Below the pieces are notes generated by a model. The model was not told where the DNA came from. It searched no databases and saw only the letters and a list, made by a program, of their open reading frames with translations. This document shows, piece by piece, positions 48,153 to 58,522 of a stretch of DNA of 64,000 nucleotides; within the stretch, counting starts at the first letter, position 1, and every line of letters starts with the position of its first letter. Source of the DNA: Pelagibacteraceae bacterium. Its GTDB lineage: Bacteria > Pseudomonadota > Alphaproteobacteria > Pelagibacterales > Pelagibacteraceae. Location: contig JADHRF010000001.1 in assembly GCA_016777565.1 (NCBI GenBank), forward strand, positions 26,406 through 90,405. Reading direction: 5' to 3'. The position numbers and the translations under genes are program-made.

Positions 48153-49319
48153 TTATTTTAAGAATCTTTTGAGACTATCAACTATAAGTTCAATTTGTTT
48201 TTTTTTTAAAAAAGAACTTGATGGAAGGCAAATACAGCTCTTAAATAATTTTATAGAGTTATTTATTTTGTATCTCTGGCACTTTTTAAAAGGTTTTTGT
48301 AAATGATTAGGATACCAAACCGGCCTTAGCTGAAAATTTAACTGATTGATTTTTTTAATAAGATCTATTGCTTTTTTTTTTGATTTTTTTTCATCAACTT
48401 TAACCAAATTTAACCAATTATTGTTATCTGAATAATTTGGTGACTCGAACATATCAAGGTTTTTAATTTTTTTAATTTTATTTTTATATAAGTTTCTAAT
48501 AATTTTTTTTTTCTTTATAAAAATATTAAGTTTCTCTAGTTGTGAAAGACCAACAGCAGCTGAAATATTTGAAAGTTTATAGTTATATCCAACTTTGTCA
48601 TGAATAAACCTCGTGTTATCATTTTTAGCCTGATTAACTAAATGAATTGCTTGTTTATAATATTTTTTGTTTTGTGTAAGTAAAACTCCCCCATTTCCAC
48701 ACGTGACAATCTTATTTCCATTGAATGAAATTATACCAAAATCACCTATTGTACCGGTGTATTTTTTTTTGAATTTATTAAATTTATAAAAAGTACCTAG
48801 GCTTTCAGCCGCATCTTCGATAATTTTTATATTTTTTTTTTTACAAAGTGAGTAAAGTTTTTCAAATTTTGCAGCGTTTCCAAAAGTGTGAACTATTACT
48901 AAAGCCTTAATTTTTTTTTTTGTTTTAATGTTTATTGAGTATTTACCCTTTTTATTTGTATTATTTTTTATAAATTCTATAGTTTTATCTTCATCTATAT
49001 TTAGATATTGATCTGTATCCATAAAAACTGGATTAGCTCCAACGTATTTAATTGCATTAATTGTTGCTACAAAAGTAATAGTTGGAACAATTACCTCTTC
49101 ATCTTTTCCAACTCCAGATAATATCATACTTAAATGAAGTCCAATTGTTCCGTTTAAAACTGGAATGGCAAACTTTGTCTTAGTTATTTCTTTAATTTTT
49201 TTTTCGAAAAGTTCTAAATATTTTCCAGATGTTGAGACCCAATTAGCTTGTATGCAATTTTTAAGATACTTTACTTCATTTCCAACTAGGTAGGGCTCAT
49301 GTAATCCAATATTTTTCAT
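48153..49319 (-). CDS. legC: LegC-family PLP-dependent aminotransferase (DegT/DnrJ)
   Basis: LHEP, WVST.G, NGT..LH, EDAAESLG, SFNGNKIVT, H..VGYNY, LPSS. Confidence 0.88.
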   Translation of the reverse strand: MKNIGLHEPYLVGNEVKYLKNCIQANWVSTSGKYLELFEKKIKEITKTKFAIPVLNGTIGLHLSMILSGVGKDEEVIVPTITFVATINAIKYVGANPVFMDTDQYLNIDEDKTIEFIKNNTNKKGKYSINIKTKKKIKALVIVHTFGNAAKFEKLYSLCKKKNIKIIEDAAESLGTFYKFNKFKKKYTGTIGDFGIISFNGNKIVTCGNGGVLLTQNKKYYKQAIHLVNQAKNDNTRFIHDKVGYNYKLSNISAAVGLSQLEKLNIFIKKKKIIRNLYKNKIKKIKNLDMFESPNYSDNNNWLNLVKVDEKKSKKKAIDLIKKINQLNFQLRPVWYPNHLQKPFKKCQRYKINNSIKLFKSCICLPSSSFLKKKQIELIVDSLKRFLK

Positions 49320-49358
49320 TATATTTTTTTTATTTTAAATTATTTTTTTGACATATGA

Positions 49359-50153
49359 TTAAATTATGGTCCACCCACCATCAATAACTATGTTCGAACC
49401 TGTAATATATGAACTAGCATCTGAGGCTAAAAATATAATAGTTGGTGCAATATCTGAGGGCTTGCCCATTCTTTTTAGTGGTGTTTTCTTTGAGTATCTT
49501 TGAATAAATTTTTTAGATTGGTTATTTTTTTTCCCCGCAATTTTACCTTGGATGCCACCGGGACTTACTGAATTAACTCTTATTCCGTATTGGCCATAAT
49601 ATGCTGCCATTTGCTTAGTTTGATTTAGAATACCTCCTTTTATTGAAGAATAGATTGCATTTTCTTTTAAGCTAATGCCTCTATATAACTCAGGATCTTG
49701 CCCTACCATTCCATAAGTGGAAGCTAATTGAATTATTTTACCTTTAACTTTCATTTTTTTCATAAGTTCAGCAATTACACGGGCGCTCCATACATATGAG
49801 TTAAGATGTAAATTAGTATTATTAACAATTGAATTTAGAGAAACCTTTTGAAAAGAACTTGATGACCAATTTTTTTCGTAAGGGTAAGAACAATTAACAA
49901 AAATTTTTGGAATACCATGCTTAAGCGTAATCTTTTTTAAGAAATTTTCAAAATTTTTTAGATTTTTAATATTGAAATATTCAAATTTTACATTGTTTTC
50001 ATTTTTGATTAGCTTGTTGTTTTTGATATCTATATTTATAACTTTTGCACCAGCTTCTGCTAATGCAATGCATATTTCGTTACCAATTGTGCCTGAACCT
50101 CCCAGAACAAATGCGATTTCTTTCTCTAATTTAAATTTTTCTGAATATTTCAT
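49359..50153 (-). CDS. SDR oxidoreductase (PtmA-like)
   Basis: GGSGTIG, NCSYP, ASTYG, YSSIKGG, RVNSVSPGG, DGGW; position in leg cluster. Confidence 0.82.
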   Translation of the reverse strand: MKYSEKFKLEKEIAFVLGGSGTIGNEICIALAEAGAKVINIDIKNNKLIKNENNVKFEYFNIKNLKNFENFLKKITLKHGIPKIFVNCSYPYEKNWSSSSFQKVSLNSIVNNTNLHLNSYVWSARVIAELMKKMKVKGKIIQLASTYGMVGQDPELYRGISLKENAIYSSIKGGILNQTKQMAAYYGQYGIRVNSVSPGGIQGKIAGKKNNQSKKFIQRYSKKTPLKRMGKPSDIAPTIIFLASDASSYITGSNIVIDGGWTII

Positions 50154-50845
50154 ATATTTTTATTTTTTTTAAAAAAATACTTTACTAACTCAAAATCATA
50201 ATAATCATCGATGTCTATTGATCTTGATTTTGGCATTATAAATATTCCTGTTTTTTTGTTTATAATATTATTCATTTTTAATAGATTATATCTTTTCCAT
50301 ATATAAATAGATGCATTAATATCAAATATTTCTGGAGCATCTTGTCTGGTATAAAAATTAATCTTTGAATTTTTTACTATTTTTATCTTTCTTTTTTTTT
50401 TTTCAACCATATTAAAATATGGATTTTTGTTAGACTTACAAACACTTAATAAGTTTGAATTTCTATTTTTTAAAAAAGTATTAAGAGCACCTTTAATATC
50501 TTTAGTAGTTCTTAGTGGAGAAGTAGCATCTAAATCTATAATAATATCGAATTTCTTTTTAAAAAATTTTTCTGAATTTATTAAAGCATGTCTTATAGCT
50601 GGTACTTTGGGAGAATTATTACGAGATAAACTAGAAGGTCTCTTAATTGTGTAATCAACATATTTTTTTGAGATATCAATTATTTTTTTTGAATCTGATG
50701 ACACAACAATATTATCAAAAATTTTAGTTTTTTTTGCTGTTATCAGTGTGTGCACAATCAAAGGTCTGCCATAAAGTTTTTTAATATTTTTGTTCTTTAA
50801 AGTGTCTGATCCACCTCTAGCGCAAATACTGCATAATATGTTCAT
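50150..50845 (-). CDS. Acylneuraminate cytidylyltransferase (LegF/PtmB/NeuA-like)
   Basis: ICARGGS...KN, LDATSPLR, NPYFNM, RQDAP, SIDID..DF. Confidence 0.92.
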   Translation of the reverse strand: MNILCSICARGGSDTLKNKNIKKLYGRPLIVHTLITAKKTKIFDNIVVSSDSKKIIDISKKYVDYTIKRPSSLSRNNSPKVPAIRHALINSEKFFKKKFDIIIDLDATSPLRTTKDIKGALNTFLKNRNSNLLSVCKSNKNPYFNMVEKKKRKIKIVKNSKINFYTRQDAPEIFDINASIYIWKRYNLLKMNNIINKKTGIFIMPKSRSIDIDDYYDFELVKYFFKKNKNI

Positions 50846-51747
50846 ACTGAAATCTTTATTTGATCTAAAATTTTTTGTGTTTTAATGGCTTGTTTAAAAT
50901 CACAAATAAATTGATAATTCTTTTTTATTAAATCGTTATGTTCTGCAATAAAACTTTTTAAAATATTAAATTTTTTAAATTGAAAAACTTTTTTTTTATT
51001 ATCTTTAATTAAGACAACTTTATTATTAATTAGATCTCCAAGTAATGAAAAATTTTTTCCATTTATTAAAATTTCTCTTTTAGAAATCTTTGAAAAAAAA
51101 TTTAAATTTAAATTAATAAATGTATTCTTTTTTACACTTGCGTTAAGTGATAGGATATCGTCACAATTTATATTTAAATTTGAAATTTTTTTATTAAAAC
51201 TATATAAAATTTTTAAGTCTTTAAAAAACCATAATAAGTAGTCTATTTCATGGCTTAGTTCTAGTTTAACTCCACCACCTAGTTTTTTTCTAGCACTCAC
51301 GCTTTTTTTATAATTTATTTTTCGCCAATCAGGCAGATAAGTTAAGCACTCTGCTTTGACAAAATAAACTTTTTTATTTTTTATATAATTTTTAATAAAT
51401 CTTAAAACTGCATGGTATCTAAGATTATAACCAACAAAATAGTTATTTTTTATATTGTTTAATGGCTTAAATTTTTTATTAAACAAAGGTTTTTCAATAA
51501 GGACAAACTTATTTTTAAATAGTTTCTCAATAATTTTAATAAATTTATAATGATCAGAAGAGGGTGTTGCTATAACTAAATAATCTGGATTAAATTTAAT
51601 TAATTTTGACAAATTCCTTCCAAAAATAATTGAAAATTTTCTAGATGATACACTCTTAATAATAAATTTTCTATTAATAGTTCTAAGTGCTATAAAATGG
51701 TTTTTACCACTAGAACCTTTTCCGATAATTAAAACTTTTTTAAACAC
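50842..51747 (-). CDS. Gfo/Idh/MocA oxidoreductase (PtmF-like)
   Basis: IATP...H, IEKP, GYNLR, YLPDWR, GGG..ELSHEID. Confidence 0.85.
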   Translation of the reverse strand: MFKKVLIIGKGSSGKNHFIALRTINRKFIIKSVSSRKFSIIFGRNLSKLIKFNPDYLVIATPSSDHYKFIKIIEKLFKNKFVLIEKPLFNKKFKPLNNIKNNYFVGYNLRYHAVLRFIKNYIKNKKVYFVKAECLTYLPDWRKINYKKSVSARKKLGGGVKLELSHEIDYLLWFFKDLKILYSFNKKISNLNINCDDILSLNASVKKNTFINLNLNFFSKISKREILINGKNFSLLGDLINNKVVLIKDNKKKVFQFKKFNILKSFIAEHNDLIKKNYQFICDFKQAIKTQKILDQIKISV

Positions 51748-52822
51748 TCAATAATTCCAATTTTTTTTTATACTCATGTAGTTGTCCAATATCATACCAA
51801 TTTTTTTGACCTATTTTGTAAGTTCCAATTTTAAAATTATTTTTTTTAAGTATTTCAATAAAACTATTCATATTTAAAAATTTATTTTTAGGAATAATTC
51901 TTAATATTCTTGAGTTAAAAACATAAAGACCTGTTGTAATTAAGGAGTTATACTTAGGTTTCTCAATAATTTTTATTAAGTCACCTTGTTTATTTACTTC
52001 ACACACTCCATAAGGAATAGTACTAGATTGATTAGAAGTCACCAAAGTTAGGTCATTTTTAGATTTAATGTGATGCTTAATCATGTTCTCATAATTAAAA
52101 TCAAATATTACATCGCAATTTGATAGTACAAAATTTTTTGATATTCTTCCTATAAGTTTATTTAGCCCACCAACTGTACCCATTGGTTTTTTTTCATTTA
52201 TATAAGTTATTTTATTTTTTACTTTTGGTTTGTTATTAAAATAAGCTTTAATTAAATCAGACTTAAAATTAAGAGTGAAAAAAAATTTTTTTGCTCCATA
52301 ATTCAAAAAACTATCTAAAATATTTTCTACAGCTGTTTTGTCTTTTATGGGAACTAAAGGTTTTGGAAATATTCTTGTAATCGGGTCTAGTCTTTGTCCT
52401 TTACCACCTGCCATAATAACAATATTTACTTTTGATAAAAATTGTTTATTTATTCTTTTTTTTTTTCTTATACTGCGAAATATTTCTGACTTAAATTTTA
52501 AATCGATTATTTTTTTTGTTTCATCTAATATTGGAATAATTTCTATTCTTTTCTTTAAAAAAATAGATTTAATTTTTTTTAATTTAATTTTGTTTTGAAA
52601 AAAATACGTAGTTTTTTTATTACAAAATTTATAAATTTTTTGATTTAAATTTTCTCTTTTTTTTAAAATTTTTCGTCTTATGTCACCGTCAGTTACAGAA
52701 CCAACTAATTCTTTTTTATTATTAATAACAAAACATGTTTTTTCACCATTTTTATCAATTAACCTTAAAGCGTCTTTTACTGATTTGTTTTCAGTTATAG
52801 TATAATTATTTAATTTAAACAT
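51740..52822 (-). CDS. CBS-domain nucleotidyltransferase (PtmE/LegX-like)
   Basis: TDGDIRR CBS region, MAGGKGQRL.P.T...PKPL, E.KPMGT.G, EKP, W.DIG; ATG at 52822 preferred (track start 52831). Confidence 0.88.
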   Translation of the reverse strand: MFKLNNYTITENKSVKDALRLIDKNGEKTCFVINNKKELVGSVTDGDIRRKILKKRENLNQKIYKFCNKKTTYFFQNKIKLKKIKSIFLKKRIEIIPILDETKKIIDLKFKSEIFRSIRKKKRINKQFLSKVNIVIMAGGKGQRLDPITRIFPKPLVPIKDKTAVENILDSFLNYGAKKFFFTLNFKSDLIKAYFNNKPKVKNKITYINEKKPMGTVGGLNKLIGRISKNFVLSNCDVIFDFNYENMIKHHIKSKNDLTLVTSNQSSTIPYGVCEVNKQGDLIKIIEKPKYNSLITTGLYVFNSRILRIIPKNKFLNMNSFIEILKKNNFKIGTYKIGQKNWYDIGQLHEYKKKLELLSV

Positions 52823-53606
52823 TTGCCTCAATTTTATTAAATTTTACTAATTTAATTTTATTTTTAATTGAATAGTCTCTCGCCTGCTGAAGTCCGGTTC
52901 CTAAAAAGTTAAATAAATTTGCAGTAATTAAACCTGAAATCTTTTTATGACTTAATCCATTTTTAAAATGTTCTGGTTTTCCAGCTCCACCCATCAAAAG
53001 CACGGGTCTAAAAAAATTTTTTGGTATCATGTTTAAGCATTTTAAATCTATCCCAGATCCAGTTCCATCATTATCAATAGAATTCAGAATTAACTCACCA
53101 AATTTTAACTCAATAACTGATTTAATAAATTTTTTTAGTGACTTAGACTCAATTTTTCCTGATTCTATGTATGTGCGTATTTCACCATTTATACTTTTCT
53201 TATAGTCAACCATTATAGAAATCGCTTGTTCGCCAAATATATTCGAAATTTTTTCACAAATAGGTTTTCCCTGGTGAGCAAGATAATTGATCAAAATTTT
53301 ATCTGCCCCATTTTCAAAATACTGTTTTGCATTATCTATTGTTCTAACGCCTCCACCCAAAGTGATTGGCACAAATATTTTTTCTCTTAATTTTTTAACA
53401 TCTTTAAAATATTTTTTAAAATCATCGGTTGTAGGATTTGGATTTATATTTATTATAATAAGCTCATCAATAAAGTCACATGTTTTACCAAATCCAAAAT
53501 TGTTTTTTAGCCAATTTACGTTTCCAACTTTTTGCAGTCTAAAGTTTCTACTTAAATAAAATTCACCCTTGCTATATAATAGTGCAAAAATAATCCTTTT
53601 AAACAT
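52815..53606 (-). CDS. HisF-like subunit of acetamidino-modification amidotransferase (WbuZ type)
   Basis: DELI, P.TLGGGVR, GADKI..N, GEL.LNSID.DGT; lacks the HisF N-terminal catalytic Asp. Confidence 0.82.
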   Translation of the reverse strand: MFKRIIFALLYSKGEFYLSRNFRLQKVGNVNWLKNNFGFGKTCDFIDELIIININPNPTTDDFKKYFKDVKKLREKIFVPITLGGGVRTIDNAKQYFENGADKILINYLAHQGKPICEKISNIFGEQAISIMVDYKKSINGEIRTYIESGKIESKSLKKFIKSVIELKFGELILNSIDNDGTGSGIDLKCLNMIPKNFFRPVLLMGGAGKPEHFKNGLSHKKISGLITANLFNFLGTGLQQARDYSIKNKIKLVKFNKIEANV

Positions 53607-54232
53607 TAGTAAGTCTCCTCAATAAAATTTCTAATTAACTTCAAACCTATTTTGTGACTTTTCTCTGGATGAAATTGGGCACCGTAAATATTGTCTCGTT
53701 CGATAAAAGAAATGAATTCTTCTCCATGCTTTGTGGTGGATTGTTTAACATTTTTTTTTGGTGAAATTTTGTAGGAATGAACAAAATAAAAAGGAGATAA
53801 ATTTGGAATATTTTTCCAAATTTTAGTATTCTGATGTTTTACTATATTAAAGCCAACATGAGGAATAGGAAATTTTTTATTTTTTTTAAATTTTTCACAT
53901 TTTCCTTTAAACAGTCCAAGTCCTTTTGCTTTTCCATGTTCGATTCCTTCTTCAAACATTAATTGCATACCTAAACAAATACCAAAGAGAGGTTTGCCTT
54001 TTTCTGTGAATTCTTTGATAGCAGTAAACCAACCATTTTGTTTTAAACTCTTAGCGGCTTTGTTGAAAGAACCCACACCTGGAAGAATTATTTGGCTAAA
54101 TGAAGTTAAATTTTTTGGTCTTTTAATTACTTCAAAGTTATAATTAAGATATTTTATTGCATTAACTACTGATGCAATGTTTCCGAAGCCTGATTCAATA
54201 ATACCTATTTTTATTTTTTTCATTTTAATCAA
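53606..54232 (-). CDS. HisH-like glutamine amidotransferase (WbuY type)
   Basis: GN..SV, LPGVGSF, GICLGMQ, YFVHS, QFHPEKS. Confidence 0.9.
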   Translation of the reverse strand: MIKMKKIKIGIIESGFGNIASVVNAIKYLNYNFEVIKRPKNLTSFSQIILPGVGSFNKAAKSLKQNGWFTAIKEFTEKGKPLFGICLGMQLMFEEGIEHGKAKGLGLFKGKCEKFKKNKKFPIPHVGFNIVKHQNTKIWKNIPNLSPFYFVHSYKISPKKNVKQSTTKHGEEFISFIERDNIYGAQFHPEKSHKIGLKLIRNFIEETY

Positions 54233-54234
54233 TT

Positions 54235-55356
54235 TTAAATTATTTTAAATTTTGGACTCCAACGACCCTTCCTTTTCTCAAATAATTTCTTGTTAGCCCA
54301 TTTATCAATATTTTTTAAAAAATCTTTTTTAGAGATTTTGTAGTATTCACAATATTTATCAAAAAGGTGTTCTGGGCAGTAATTGTCATAAAGGTTAATA
54401 AGTTCTATAGCTTGATTTCTGGACATTGCACCCCTTCTAACGTCAATAGCAGAATCGCTTGTAGTCCGACCAAATCCAAATTTTAAGTACATGAAATACA
54501 TGTGAAGAGGAAATAAATCAGAGTCGTTTTGAGCAAAATTAGTGTATGTGCCTTCGTTTAAACTATCTTTTTCTTTTAGCCCGCAATGTTCTTTGGCAAT
54601 CATATAATTTCTATAAGGATCCCAATTTTCATAAAAGCTGTAATGGGTAATTGTTATTTTAAATTTTTTAAATTCTTTTTTTTGAGGAAAAGTAAACCAA
54701 TATAATTGTTTGTCTGTAATACCTTTTTTTTTTGCTTTGGCTACGACTTTATTGTATCCAGACTCCAAATAATTTGAGATTTGATAATCTATTCCATATA
54801 AACCATTATACTTAAGTTTTGCATCTCCACCATATTCAACTTCTCCATCTTCAGAATAAAATATTAATGGTATTTTCATTGCTACTGAAATTCTAATTAC
54901 AGCAGTATGAATACCGATCAGCCAACCATAATAAGGAAAGCCCATTTCTAATAATCCAATTTTATTCAATACTCTTAGGGCTTCAGTGTCTGGAGTAACA
55001 TGAATATGATTGTAACCACTATTTACAAATGAATTTAAATTATCAATCCCAATTGGTGTCTCTAAACCTGGTCTAAAAGTAACCGTTAATGGATTCATTT
55101 TATGTTTATTTTTAATTTTATAGCTAATATAAGAACCATCTTTACCTCCACTTACAGCTGCTATACAGTCAAATGAAGTTTTATTACTTCTATGATTTTT
55201 TATTAATTTATTAAGTAGAAGTTTTCTTTCAGTCCATTTAATTTTTTTCTTTTCCTCTGCCCACTGGCATGCAGAACAAAAACCACTTTTATCAAATGTA
55301 ATTCTTGGTCTTGTTGATAAAGTTACACAATTTTTACATCTAAAAATTTTTTCCAT
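54235..55356 (-). CDS. N-acetyl sugar amidotransferase (WbuX/PseA/PtmG family)
   Basis: CxxC..STRP, CSAC, PP-loop SGGKDG, EYGG, KFGFGR, RRG.M.R. Confidence 0.9.
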   Translation of the reverse strand: MEKIFRCKNCVTLSTRPRITFDKSGFCSACQWAEEKKKIKWTERKLLLNKLIKNHRSNKTSFDCIAAVSGGKDGSYISYKIKNKHKMNPLTVTFRPGLETPIGIDNLNSFVNSGYNHIHVTPDTEALRVLNKIGLLEMGFPYYGWLIGIHTAVIRISVAMKIPLIFYSEDGEVEYGGDAKLKYNGLYGIDYQISNYLESGYNKVVAKAKKKGITDKQLYWFTFPQKKEFKKFKITITHYSFYENWDPYRNYMIAKEHCGLKEKDSLNEGTYTNFAQNDSDLFPLHMYFMYLKFGFGRTTSDSAIDVRRGAMSRNQAIELINLYDNYCPEHLFDKYCEYYKISKKDFLKNIDKWANKKLFEKRKGRWSPKFKII

Positions 55357-55370
55357 ATTTTTAATTTTTT

Positions 55371-56534
55371 TTATTGTTGATCAAAAAACACTTTATTAAT
55401 TTCTTGTTCATTAGTAATTTTTTTTAAAATTTTAATTATTTGACTAGAGGTATTTAATTTTTCATAAGGATTTTTGATGCTTTTTAAATCTTTTTTAAAT
55501 TTTACACTTTGAATTTTTTTTAATGAATTTAAAATATTTTTTTTTGAAACGCTCTCGCAATTTATAATTGATTTTGCTCCTATTCTACCATTTTGTCTTA
55601 TACCCAAATTTAATGTAGGTTTTTTGAAACTTGGTACTTCAATAATTCCACTTGAAGAATTTCCTATAACTAAATCTGAATGTGCGATGCAAGAAAAATA
55701 TCTTTTTCTACCCAACGAATTAAAATACTTTGAGTTTTTATTTTTTTTAATAAATTTTTTTATTTCTAAATAAAATACATTATTTTTTATGTCTGAATTT
55801 GGCATGGTAAAAATTATACTTGTATGTTTTAATTTTTCTAAAACTTTCAAAAGAACTTTAAAATTGTTTATACCATAGCTTTTTTCATGTGTAACTGGAT
55901 GATAAGTAATTAAGAAGTTCTTTTTTTTAAACTTAAAATTTAAATCCTTTTCTAATTCATTTTTATTTAATAACTTTTCTTTCTTGATATTTTCAGGACT
56001 AGTGCTACCCACATAAAAAACTCTTTTAGGATTTTCACCAAGTTGTATCACTCTTTTTTTGTATATTTGATGAGAAACAAAATGATATTTTGAGAATTTA
56101 GTTATAGCGTGTCTAATATTATCGTCTATTGATCCTGATGATATCTCACCTCCTGAAAAATGAATTACAGGTATTTTAAAAAAAGCTGCACTAATTACAA
56201 AAGATAAAATTTCATAACGATCTCCTAAAACTAATATAAAATTATATTTTTTCCTTTTTAAAATATTTGCAAATTTACTTATGCCTTTACTAATAGATTT
56301 ACAAATGGTCTCTTCATCATCTTTAATTCCTAATATATTAACTTTTTTTTCAATTTTAATATTATCTTTTAAAACCTCTCTATACGTATAACCAAATTTT
56401 TTAGATAAATGTGATCCTGTAACGATAACTGATAATTTAAAATTTTTTTCTTTAGATATTTTTTTTATTATTGGCTTTAACAAGTCATATTCAGCTCTTG
56501 AACCAGTGACAACACATAATTTTTTTTTAATCAT
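55371..56534 (-). CDS. neuC: Hydrolysing NDP-sugar 2-epimerase (NeuC/LegG)
   Basis: TGSRAEY, TGSHLS..G, LGDRYE, RHAITK, TYHPVT, GNSSSG..E. Confidence 0.92.
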   Translation of the reverse strand: MIKKKLCVVTGSRAEYDLLKPIIKKISKEKNFKLSVIVTGSHLSKKFGYTYREVLKDNIKIEKKVNILGIKDDEETICKSISKGISKFANILKRKKYNFILVLGDRYEILSFVISAAFFKIPVIHFSGGEISSGSIDDNIRHAITKFSKYHFVSHQIYKKRVIQLGENPKRVFYVGSTSPENIKKEKLLNKNELEKDLNFKFKKKNFLITYHPVTHEKSYGINNFKVLLKVLEKLKHTSIIFTMPNSDIKNNVFYLEIKKFIKKNKNSKYFNSLGRKRYFSCIAHSDLVIGNSSSGIIEVPSFKKPTLNLGIRQNGRIGAKSIINCESVSKKNILNSLKKIQSVKFKKDLKSIKNPYEKLNTSSQIIKILKKITNEQEINKVFFDQQ

Positions 56535-57532
56535 ACAACTATTAATTCATCCTTTTTAAAATTTTTTAAAGCTTTTAATCCCAAAACTTTTTTCCATTTA
56601 AATGGTGAAATACCATTCCCTGGTCTTTTTGTTGTTAAATTTGAAGCGTCAAATTTTTCGCCTTTTAGGATATTTATTTTTGCAACAATAGATTTTCTTA
56701 CGAAATTAATATTTTTTTTTTCACTTTCTGTAATAATCTTATTGTAGACACCTAGTCCTTTCTCAGTGTTTCGAATATATAAAATCATCTGTTTAAATTC
56801 TTTTGGCGTCAAGCTGGTAGAGTGGTCTGGTCCTTTCATTTTTTTATTTAATGTAAAGTGTTTTTCTATAACTTCTGCCCCCAAACTAATGGCTGCCACA
56901 GATGATTCTAAGCCCAAAGTATGATCGGAATACCCTATTTTTAAACCAAGTTTTTTTTTTAAAAAAACAATGGAACGTAAGTTTGCATCCTCAATTGGAG
57001 TTGGATATGCGGAATTACAATGCAAAATAGTTAATTTATTTTTTTTAAGACCATTTTTCGTCAAAATTTTAATAGCAGTTTCAATTTCTTTTAAATTTGC
57101 CATTCCAGTTGATAAAAAAGTAGTTTTATTTGCCTTAGCTATATCAATTAATAGTGGTACATTATTTAGCTCTCCAGAGGGTATTTTTATTTTTTTTACA
57201 TTTAATTTCGAAGTTAAGAAATCTAAACTTTCATTATCAAATGCGGAAGACAAAAATTCTATTTTGATTTTTTTACAATATTTAAAAAGACTAATTTGTT
57301 CTTTTTTAGAAAGTTCATATTTTTTTAAAAGTTCAATCATAGAGTCCTTATGAAAATTTTTTTTTTGATAATTTGCTAAACGAGCTCGATTTGAAACTAA
57401 ATTTGATGCTATAAAACTTTGAAACTTGACAGCGTCGGCGCCGCAAAACTTGGCAATTTTTATCATTTTTTTTGCAAGTTGAATGTTTCCGTTATGATTA
57501 ACACCTATTTCCGCAATAACGAATATTTTCAT
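56531..57532 (-). CDS. neuB: Nonulosonate synthase (NeuB/LegI) with SAF domain
   Basis: IAEIGVNHNG, KFQ, KIPSGE, STGM, LHC..YP, GYSDHT, EKHFTL, GPDH. Confidence 0.94.
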   Translation of the reverse strand: MKIFVIAEIGVNHNGNIQLAKKMIKIAKFCGADAVKFQSFIASNLVSNRARLANYQKKNFHKDSMIELLKKYELSKKEQISLFKYCKKIKIEFLSSAFDNESLDFLTSKLNVKKIKIPSGELNNVPLLIDIAKANKTTFLSTGMANLKEIETAIKILTKNGLKKNKLTILHCNSAYPTPIEDANLRSIVFLKKKLGLKIGYSDHTLGLESSVAAISLGAEVIEKHFTLNKKMKGPDHSTSLTPKEFKQMILYIRNTEKGLGVYNKIITESEKKNINFVRKSIVAKINILKGEKFDASNLTTKRPGNGISPFKWKKVLGLKALKNFKKDELIVV

Positions 57533-57537
57533 AAAAA

Positions 57538-58146
57538 TTAAAATTTCTTTTTATTATCTGTTAAGTTTTTTTTTAAAAAATAATTTGCATTAACAAAGCA
57601 ATTATTACCTATTACAATTTCTTGTTTGATTACAGAATTACTACCAATAAATGTATTTTTTCCAACATGAACATGTCCGTTAATGACAGCGCCAGGTGCT
57701 ATATGAGTATTTTCTTCTATAATGCAGTCGTGTTCAATTAACGATCTTGTATTTATTATACAGTTTTTACTTATGCACGACCCCGCATTAACTATGGCAC
57801 CATGCATTATTATAGTTCCATTAAGAATTTTTGAAGTTTTTGAAACATAAGATAACGGAGAAATAATTTTTGGAATAATAAACTTTAATTTTTTCAATTG
57901 TTCATATAATTTTTTTCTCACAGAATTATCTTTAATATGTCCGATTGCTACAAACGCATAAGCACATTTGTTTCTTAAATTTTTTAGATCTTTATCAGTT
58001 CCTAATATGGGATAATTATTAAATACTTTCTTTTTTTTATGCTTATCAATTACTACACCAAATATTTCATATTTTTTTTCAAGCTCGATTACATCGCAAC
58101 ATGATTTTGCATGGCCACCATCACCTAAAATTATTATTTTTTTCAT
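57538..58146 (-). CDS. NeuD/PglD/LegH-family acetyltransferase
   Basis: G.GGHA, AIG, hexapeptide repeats, IEHDC. Confidence 0.9.
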   Translation of the reverse strand: MKKIIILGDGGHAKSCCDVIELEKKYEIFGVVIDKHKKKKVFNNYPILGTDKDLKNLRNKCAYAFVAIGHIKDNSVRKKLYEQLKKLKFIIPKIISPLSYVSKTSKILNGTIIMHGAIVNAGSCISKNCIINTRSLIEHDCIIEENTHIAPGAVINGHVHVGKNTFIGSNSVIKQEIVIGNNCFVNANYFLKKNLTDNKKKF

Positions 58147-58192
58147 TTTTAAAGCGAATTTTCAAACATTAACATTCAATCAAATTTTTATT

Positions 58193-58507
58193 CTACTTAT
58201 CTATTTTAAAGTTTTTATTATTTAAGTCCTTTTGAAGCTCATCGTACTCTTGCATTTTTCGTTTCATAAATTTTATCGTAAGTTTTGTTTTTTCTGCTAT
58301 TCCTTTCGCAGTCAAAAAGTATAAATAATTTGTTTTTTTAGGATTTTTTTTGAAATTATTAATTTTAATCAAACCTTTTTTTTTAAGTTCATTCAAACAG
58401 TAGTTAACTTTTCCAAGGCTCCATCCAAGTTCTTTTGCTAAAATTCTCTGAGATAAGTATGACTTATTATGAATTTTTCTTAAAATATTAAAATGATTAT
58501 CATTCAT
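58193..58507 (-). CDS. MarR-family EPS-associated transcriptional regulator
   Basis: SQR.LAKELG.SLGKVNYCL..L.KKG.IK...YLYFLT.KG..EK..LT..F..RK..EY; ATG at 58507 preferred, since the longer track ORF covers the operators. Confidence 0.9.
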   Translation of the reverse strand: MNDNHFNILRKIHNKSYLSQRILAKELGWSLGKVNYCLNELKKKGLIKINNFKKNPKKTNYLYFLTAKGIAEKTKLTIKFMKRKMQEYDELQKDLNNKNFKIDK

Positions 58508-58522
58508 ATTGTTGGTTATAAC

